From: Alphaproteobacteria bacterium
Lineage (GTDB): Bacteria; Pseudomonadota; Alphaproteobacteria; UBA6615
Direction: 5' to 3'
Assembly: GCA_049601915.1 (NCBI GenBank)
Contig: JBMYRB010000002.1
Location: forward strand, 410,648-474,647
Length of the DNA stretch: 64,000 bases
Shown: one piece after another, positions 59,414-64,000 of the stretch
How positions within the stretch are numbered: position 1 is the first letter of the stretch
Layout: every line of letters begins with the position of its first letter
Position numbers and translations under genes: made by a program
Notes under the pieces: generated by a model
The model's input: only the letters and a program-made list of their open reading frames with translations
Told to the model about the DNA's origin: nothing
Databases searched by the model: none

Positions 59414-60145
59414 CTATCCCAGCACCCGGGCGTAGAGATCGAACATCTTGCCCCAGACGATCTCGGCCGACGGCTCGTGATAGACCGGGCGCTGGGGGAA
59501 GGCGAAGCCGTGTTCCGTCCCCGGGAAGGTCTCGATCTCGTGGGGTACGCCGGCACTGTCCAGCGCGGCGGTCAGATCGGGGATGACACTGTCCGGCACC
59601 CAGTGATCGTGCTCGGCGAAGGCGTAATACATCTCGCCTTCGATCCGGGGCGCGAGCAGGTGAGGAGAATCCTCATGCTCGGTCACGATCCACACCCCGT
59701 AGAGCGAGACATTGGCAGCGAAGCGGTCGGGGAAGCGGCCTGCGACCGTGGTAATGAACGCGCCGCTCATGCAATAGCCGACCGAGCCCATGGGCCCGTC
59801 CGAGGCGTTATCATCGTCGCCCAGTGCCGACAGGATCGCGCCGGTGTCGCTCGCCACACCTGCATTGGTCAGGCTGTGCCACGCGGCGAAGATCATCTCG
59901 CCCATTTTCTCTGTTCGCTCGGCCAGGTTGAAGCGCAGCAGGCCGAGCCGGTAGTAGAGGTCCGGCAGCACGGCGTAATAGCCCTCACCGGCGATCCTCC
60001 GGGCAAAATCCCGCAGTTCCTCGCGGATCCCCGGCGCGTCCATATAGATGACGACGACCGGGTGAGGCCCAGGCTCATCGGGCCAGGCCGCGAAGCTGGG
60101 CATGACCCCGTCCGGGGTCGTGATGTCGAACTCTTTCTCGGCCAT
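59414..60145 (-). CDS. Dienelactone hydrolase family protein
   Basis: 243 aa alpha/beta hydrolase with nucleophile Cys in G-Y-C-M-S-G and a C-terminal EHGF motif. Confidence 0.75.
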   Translation of the reverse strand: MAEKEFDITTPDGVMPSFAAWPDEPGPHPVVVIYMDAPGIREELRDFARRIAGEGYYAVLPDLYYRLGLLRFNLAERTEKMGEMIFAAWHSLTNAGVASDTGAILSALGDDDNASDGPMGSVGYCMSGAFITTVAGRFPDRFAANVSLYGVWIVTEHEDSPHLLAPRIEGEMYYAFAEHDHWVPDSVIPDLTAALDSAGVPHEIETFPGTEHGFAFPQRPVYHEPSAEIVWGKMFDLYARVLG

Positions 60146-60156
60146 CTCGTCTCCGT

Positions 60157-61008
60157 CTATTTCGGCGGCAGGGTCCGGAGATAGGCGACGATCGCCTGGA
60201 GGTCTTCTTCCTTGATGTTGGCATAGTAGGGGTACGCCATCGGAGGAAGCATCTTCGAGCCGTCGGGGCGTGTTCCCGTGGTGACCATCTGCCGGATATC
60301 GGCGTAGCTCCTGTCCGCGAGGCCGGTCGGCGTGATGTTCGTCGAGACGCTGACACCCCAGGGACCATGGAACTCGAAGCCACCGGCGCCCAGTTTATTG
60401 GCAATGTCGGGACCCTTTTTGCCCAACGGCGAGTGGCATTCGATGCAATGCCCGGCGGGGCCTGCCAGATAGGCGCCATAGGCGACTTTATCGTCCGGCG
60501 AGACCGATGGTACCGACGTGACCGGCGGGCCATAGGCCGGCGGCAGCGGGATGCGATAGACCGACTTGGGGATCACGTTCTTCACCGGCTTGACTGTGCG
60601 CAGGTAAGCGACGATGGCCTGTACGTCCCAGTCCGACAGGCCGCGATAAAGTCCGATCGGCATCGGCGGGCCAATGATTGAGCCGTCGGGACGTTTGCCC
60701 TCCCGGATCGAGGCGATGATCTGGGCGTCGGTCCAACTGCCGATCCCGGTCTCCTTGTCCTGGGTAATGTTCGGCGCATTCGCATCGAAGGCCGGAGTCT
60801 TCTCGAACGGCGACATGCCGGCCAACTCCATGCCCGGAATCTCTCCGTTCGGGCCCTTCGGCGTGTGGCAGTTGCCGCATGCAACGATCGACTCCATCAG
60901 ATAGGTGCCGCGTTCAAGAAGCGTCTCTGCCGACGCGTTCGGCGTGCCGGTTATTGCGCTCGCAGACAGAAGTGCCGCGAAGGCTGCGGTAAGTGTTCGA
61001 ATTTTCAT
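60157..61008 (-). CDS. Diheme c-type cytochrome (periplasmic)
   Basis: Signal peptide MKIRTLTAAFAALLSASA and two CxxCH motifs (CGNCHT, CIECHS). Start placed at the ATG 61006-61008. Confidence 0.75.
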   Translation of the reverse strand: MKIRTLTAAFAALLSASAITGTPNASAETLLERGTYLMESIVACGNCHTPKGPNGEIPGMELAGMSPFEKTPAFDANAPNITQDKETGIGSWTDAQIIASIREGKRPDGSIIGPPMPIGLYRGLSDWDVQAIVAYLRTVKPVKNVIPKSVYRIPLPPAYGPPVTSVPSVSPDDKVAYGAYLAGPAGHCIECHSPLGKKGPDIANKLGAGGFEFHGPWGVSVSTNITPTGLADRSYADIRQMVTTGTRPDGSKMLPPMAYPYYANIKEEDLQAIVAYLRTLPPK

Positions 61009-61096
61009 GTGATCCCCCAGAAACAGCCTGAGCCGTCGAAACGAGGGTAGCATAGGGATGGGGAGTAGACGAGGTTTCTGAAGCAGAAAGGTCGGG

Positions 61097-63094
61097 CTAG
61101 AAGCCGAACATGTGATCGAGCGAGAAGGCGTTCCCGTCGCGCGCGATCAGGCCATGGTAGCCGAATAGGCGACATGTCGTGTCGCGGATCAGCACATAGC
61201 CGCTTCCGGCCGCGCCGGGCTCGGCCGCCGCCGCGCGAGCCTTGGCATCGAAGGTCTCGCTCAGGCGGAAATGGACCGACCCGCCACACGCGATATTGAG
61301 GGTCTCCTCGGCCACGACATGGCCGGCACCGTCATGCAGCTGCAACTGGGTCTCGGATGTGGCGTGCCAAGGGGTCGAGGCGGGATAGATTAGGTGGCAG
61401 AAGGTGTCGTGGTCGTCATCGGCGACGGCCATCGCGGGGTCGGTGCGCAGATACAGGCGCGTCGACAGGCCGGGGGCGGCACCTGAATAGGATTGCGGCT
61501 CGTTGTTCCAGGTCAGGACCGTGTTGAAAATATGCGCGCCGAAACTGGTTTCCGCCGCGTGGTCCGACCCGCGAGCCTCGTAGCGGAACAGCCCGTGCAG
61601 CCACCCGTCGACACCGCGCGTCGCGACACCGAAATCATAAATCAGTTCCATATGTCCGGCGGTCTCGCGCAGCGCGTCGGAGCCGTTGAGGGCATCATCC
61701 ACGTCGAGCGCGACACTGTCTGCGCGGGCCAACTCGCCGAAGGCATGCTGGCCGACCTCCTGTCCGCCAGCGTCATAGAACAGCGCGCGCAACGGCAGGG
61801 TTTCCTGGGTCGTCGACATCGGCGTGGGCAGTGCGATGGAGCGGAAGCTGTCACGCGGCAGGATTGGTGCGGGCAGGATGAAGCCCTTCCCCATCAGATT
61901 GCCGATCTCGGCGATCCGCGGGTCGGGTTCCAGATCGGTGCGTTCGACGTTCACATGGGCAGTGCGCCGGCGTTGGACCTTGTCGTGCGAACGGGTCTCG
62001 ATCTCGTAGCGCGGGCGCACGAAATGCTTGCCGGCCTGGACTTCGATCTGTGCAGGCCATTGCGCGTCGGGTAGCAGGTCTGCGGCATCGAGCGCATAGG
62101 TGCCAAAAGGCGCGATCTTGCGGTCGAGCCAGGCGATCTGGTCGTTGCCCATGAGATTGAGGCCAACGGCGCCGGCGGGAATGGGGCAGGGGTGGCTGTT
62201 CTGAATCCACAAGACCACCCGTTCGTCGGGTTTCGGTGCGGGAAGACCGGCAAAGAAATCCGCCGGCCAGGCGTTGGCGTCGTGGGTACAGGACAGGTCC
62301 CTGGCGTCGTCGCCATAGGTGTCGAGCGCGTACTTGACAATGTCGTGCCCGGTGGCACCGATTGCATGGATGAACAACTGGCCGGTGAAGTCTTCAAGCC
62401 CGAACCGCTCACAGACTTCGGCGCTGTCGATCGTCACGCCACCCGGTGCGTCGGGCAATGCCAGGTCCCATTCGGCGCAGGTCTCGCCTTGTTCGTCGAT
62501 GAGGGTCAGCCACAGCGTGACATTCGCGCCGCCATAGCGGTGCCAGTAGTTCGCCGTCGCAACCCGCGTGTGCAAACGCCCGCCGCGTCCGTCGGGGGCA
62601 TCGCGGAAAAACGCGAAATTCGTCGCGAAGTTCTGGGGGTCGAGATAGCGCCGCTTGTTGGTCAGCCGGTTCTTGGGCAGCCGAAGTTCATCGAGGGTGA
62701 TGACTTCCATGCCGTCGGGGATGAGTTGTGAGATGTCGCGCAGCACCTTGTCGGCGTCGAAGGCGACAACCAGAAGGTGCGATGCTGTGGAAGAGGCCAG
62801 ATCGGTCACCGGCTGGGTTGTCTTGCCCAATACCGGTCGGCCGAGTGCGGATAAATCCTGGACCAGGATCTCCTGGACCGGGAGCGCGGCAATTGGAAAC
62901 AATTCCGCCAGCGCCGGCGCGAACCCGAAAGGGTCATAGATCGCAACGGCGCGTGCGGCGGCAAGGCGGTCGATCATGGCCTTGGCCAGCGGAGCTGCAG
63001 CGAAGTGACCGGCGGCCTTGAAGAACGGGAAGCCGCCTTTGACGTTGGAGAAGGTATCGATGTTAAGTGTCATGGTGCACCTATTTGCCCGCAA
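61097..63094 (-). CDS. Large uncharacterised protein (665 aa), no recognisable catalytic motif
   Basis: A 2-kb uninterrupted frame with natural, non-Arg-biased composition. There is no Walker or Rossmann motif, no Cys clusters and no signal peptide. It overlaps the upstream 2OG-oxygenase gene by 14 nt (or starts at MTLNIDTF, 63073), which suggests an operon. Confidence 0.6.
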   Translation of the reverse strand: MRANRCTMTLNIDTFSNVKGGFPFFKAAGHFAAAPLAKAMIDRLAAARAVAIYDPFGFAPALAELFPIAALPVQEILVQDLSALGRPVLGKTTQPVTDLASSTASHLLVVAFDADKVLRDISQLIPDGMEVITLDELRLPKNRLTNKRRYLDPQNFATNFAFFRDAPDGRGGRLHTRVATANYWHRYGGANVTLWLTLIDEQGETCAEWDLALPDAPGGVTIDSAEVCERFGLEDFTGQLFIHAIGATGHDIVKYALDTYGDDARDLSCTHDANAWPADFFAGLPAPKPDERVVLWIQNSHPCPIPAGAVGLNLMGNDQIAWLDRKIAPFGTYALDAADLLPDAQWPAQIEVQAGKHFVRPRYEIETRSHDKVQRRRTAHVNVERTDLEPDPRIAEIGNLMGKGFILPAPILPRDSFRSIALPTPMSTTQETLPLRALFYDAGGQEVGQHAFGELARADSVALDVDDALNGSDALRETAGHMELIYDFGVATRGVDGWLHGLFRYEARGSDHAAETSFGAHIFNTVLTWNNEPQSYSGAAPGLSTRLYLRTDPAMAVADDDHDTFCHLIYPASTPWHATSETQLQLHDGAGHVVAEETLNIACGGSVHFRLSETFDAKARAAAAEPGAAGSGYVLIRDTTCRLFGYHGLIARDGNAFSLDHMFGF

Positions 63095-63701
63095 ATTTCT
63101 TGAAGAATGCGGAGATCGAATGGCGTATCTGTTCGCGCAGCTTGTAACGTCGGTTAATAACCCAGTTCAGCTGGATCGTCCGACGTTCACCATCAAAGGG
63201 CTGGTGGCCGTGCCAGGCATTGGGGATGCAGGGGAACGCCACAAGGGTTCCCTCGTCGGGCGGGACCTCGACGGCGTAGTCCTCGAGATCGTCGGGGCTG
63301 CGCAGCAGACGGAGTTGTCCCCCGGATTCTTCCCATGACGGGTTCATATAGAGCAGCACCGTGGCCAGCTTGCCCGATGAATCGGTGTGGATTTTTCCAT
63401 CCGTCGGCCGTGCGCGCCCGCGCACCGTGATCATGGTCGGTTTGTCGGTCAGATAGAGCCCCAGTTTGTCGCCCAGCGCAGCGGCCATCTCGGGGCCTTC
63501 GAGGGCCTTCAGCAGAGCCGCAAAGCCCGGACCATAACGGAGTTGGGTGGTGGGATAGCTGCCCGGACGTTCGATGGATGGGAAATCCTCATGGGCCGCG
63601 CGCAGCGCGTCTTGCGAAATGAGGCCCGGCACGAGGACATGAGCAAACGGGTCATGTCCGACGGGGGCTGACCCCAAGGCTGCGAAGTCGATGACTGACA
63701 T
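63081..63701 (-). CDS. 2OG-Fe(II) oxygenase superfamily protein
   Basis: 206 aa with the HxD...H facial triad (GKIHTDSSGK, NAWHGHQP) and an Arg in RRTIQLNWV, as in the PF13640-type 2OG-Fe(II) oxygenases. Confidence 0.7.
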   Translation of the reverse strand: MSVIDFAALGSAPVGHDPFAHVLVPGLISQDALRAAHEDFPSIERPGSYPTTQLRYGPGFAALLKALEGPEMAAALGDKLGLYLTDKPTMITVRGRARPTDGKIHTDSSGKLATVLLYMNPSWEESGGQLRLLRSPDDLEDYAVEVPPDEGTLVAFPCIPNAWHGHQPFDGERRTIQLNWVINRRYKLREQIRHSISAFFKKFAGK

Positions 63702-63742
63702 ACATATTTCTTAGATCGCGACTCACGCGAATGCAAACGATG

Positions 63743-64000
63743 CTAGGCCCGCTCGGATACGGCCATACGACGCTGAATCTCCGCCACGACCTTCGCCATG
63801 TCATCCGGCGGCTCGTAGCTCCATTGTTCCAAGGTGCCCGCGAATGGTCGCGTGATGCCGCGTGTCGCCATCGCCTCGTGGAAACGGTCGAATTTTTTCG
63901 ATCCGCCTTCGAGGTCGACCACATGCACCGGCTTGCCCGTTGCGGCGGCCTCGCTGACCATGTTTACCGAGTCTCCGGTCACAATGAGCGAATCCGCGTG
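63743..64000 (-). CDS. ELM1 (mitochondrial-fission ELM1 / DUF1022) family protein, C-terminal part (partial at window edge)
   Basis: TGDSVNMVSEAAATGKPVHVVDLEGGSKKFDRFHEAMATRGITRPF matches the conserved C-terminus of bacterial ELM1-family proteins (GDSVSMVSEA..TGKPV...KF.RFH..L...G..RPF). The track's ATG at 63982 is probably internal, and the gene continues beyond the window. Confidence 0.55.
   Translation of the reverse strand, partial: HADSLIVTGDSVNMVSEAAATGKPVHVVDLEGGSKKFDRFHEAMATRGITRPFAGTLEQWSYEPPDDMAKVVAEIQRRMAVSERA

Noticed and set aside
1-64000. CRISPR arrays, IS elements, integrases and prophage genes
   Set aside because: No repeat-spacer periodicity, no terminal inverted repeats and no transposase or integrase-like translations were seen on either strand.

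Overview
High-GC (about 64-65%) chromosomal segment with strong alphaproteobacterial gene order. Genes are densely packed, and I found no phage, IS, integrase or CRISPR features. Calls rest on recognisable protein motifs in the supplied translations plus my own reading of the DNA.

Main blocks, left to right:
- 1-17 kb: a class I methyltransferase, a DUF1178 protein and ubiG; then lysC and ptsP (the EI-Ntr phosphotransferase); then rodZ-like, ispG, hisS, a glutamyl-tRNA reductase homolog, prfA and prmC; then a DUF4167 protein, a MOSC protein and clpB.
- 17-24 kb: an M23 peptidase, a MATE transporter, a gamma-glutamyltransferase family gene divergent from a DUF1611 gene plus an enolase-superfamily epimerase/racemase (a dgcN/dgcA-like pair).
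- 24-31 kb: a lytic transglycosylase pseudogene, an AT-rich island with a candidate sRNA, phhA, a GNAT acetyltransferase, an N-formylglutamate amidohydrolase family gene, cpdR, a cupin, tRNA-Val(GAC), a CmcJ-like oxidoreductase, an enoyl-CoA hydratase and a GH18 pseudogene.
- 31-41 kb: an ABC importer (binding protein, fused permease, two ATPases), a panE-like reductase, a cupin, an SDR oxidoreductase, a cyclase, a VOC protein and an AEC transporter.
- 41-48 kb: the aapJQMP general amino-acid ABC system, a frameshifted metallophosphoesterase lipoprotein, an S1C protease and a CMD-family protein.
- 48-64 kb: an unlisted rpmJ (L36) gene, glcDEF, a lipocalin-like gene, an MFS transporter, msrP, a LysR regulator, trxB, frmA, a dienelactone hydrolase and a diheme cytochrome c. 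The window ends with a tightly linked trio: a 665-aa uncharacterised protein, a 2OG-Fe(II) oxygenase and an ELM1-family fragment.

Points worth a second look:
- Two secreted glycan-hydrolase genes are each interrupted by an in-frame TAG, although TAG is a normal stop elsewhere in the window.
- A third gene, a metallophosphoesterase lipoprotein, is frameshifted.
- The glutamyl-tRNA reductase homolog sits in hemA-prfA-prmC order, in a lineage expected to use ALA synthase.
- A promoter-plus-terminator sRNA candidate sits in an unusually AT-rich island.
- The dgcN/dgcA-like pair sits next to the gamma-glutamyltransferase gene.
- The terminal operon of unknown function is the most novel-looking element.

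Almost all other listed ORFs are antisense or out-of-frame artefacts typical of GC-rich DNA.
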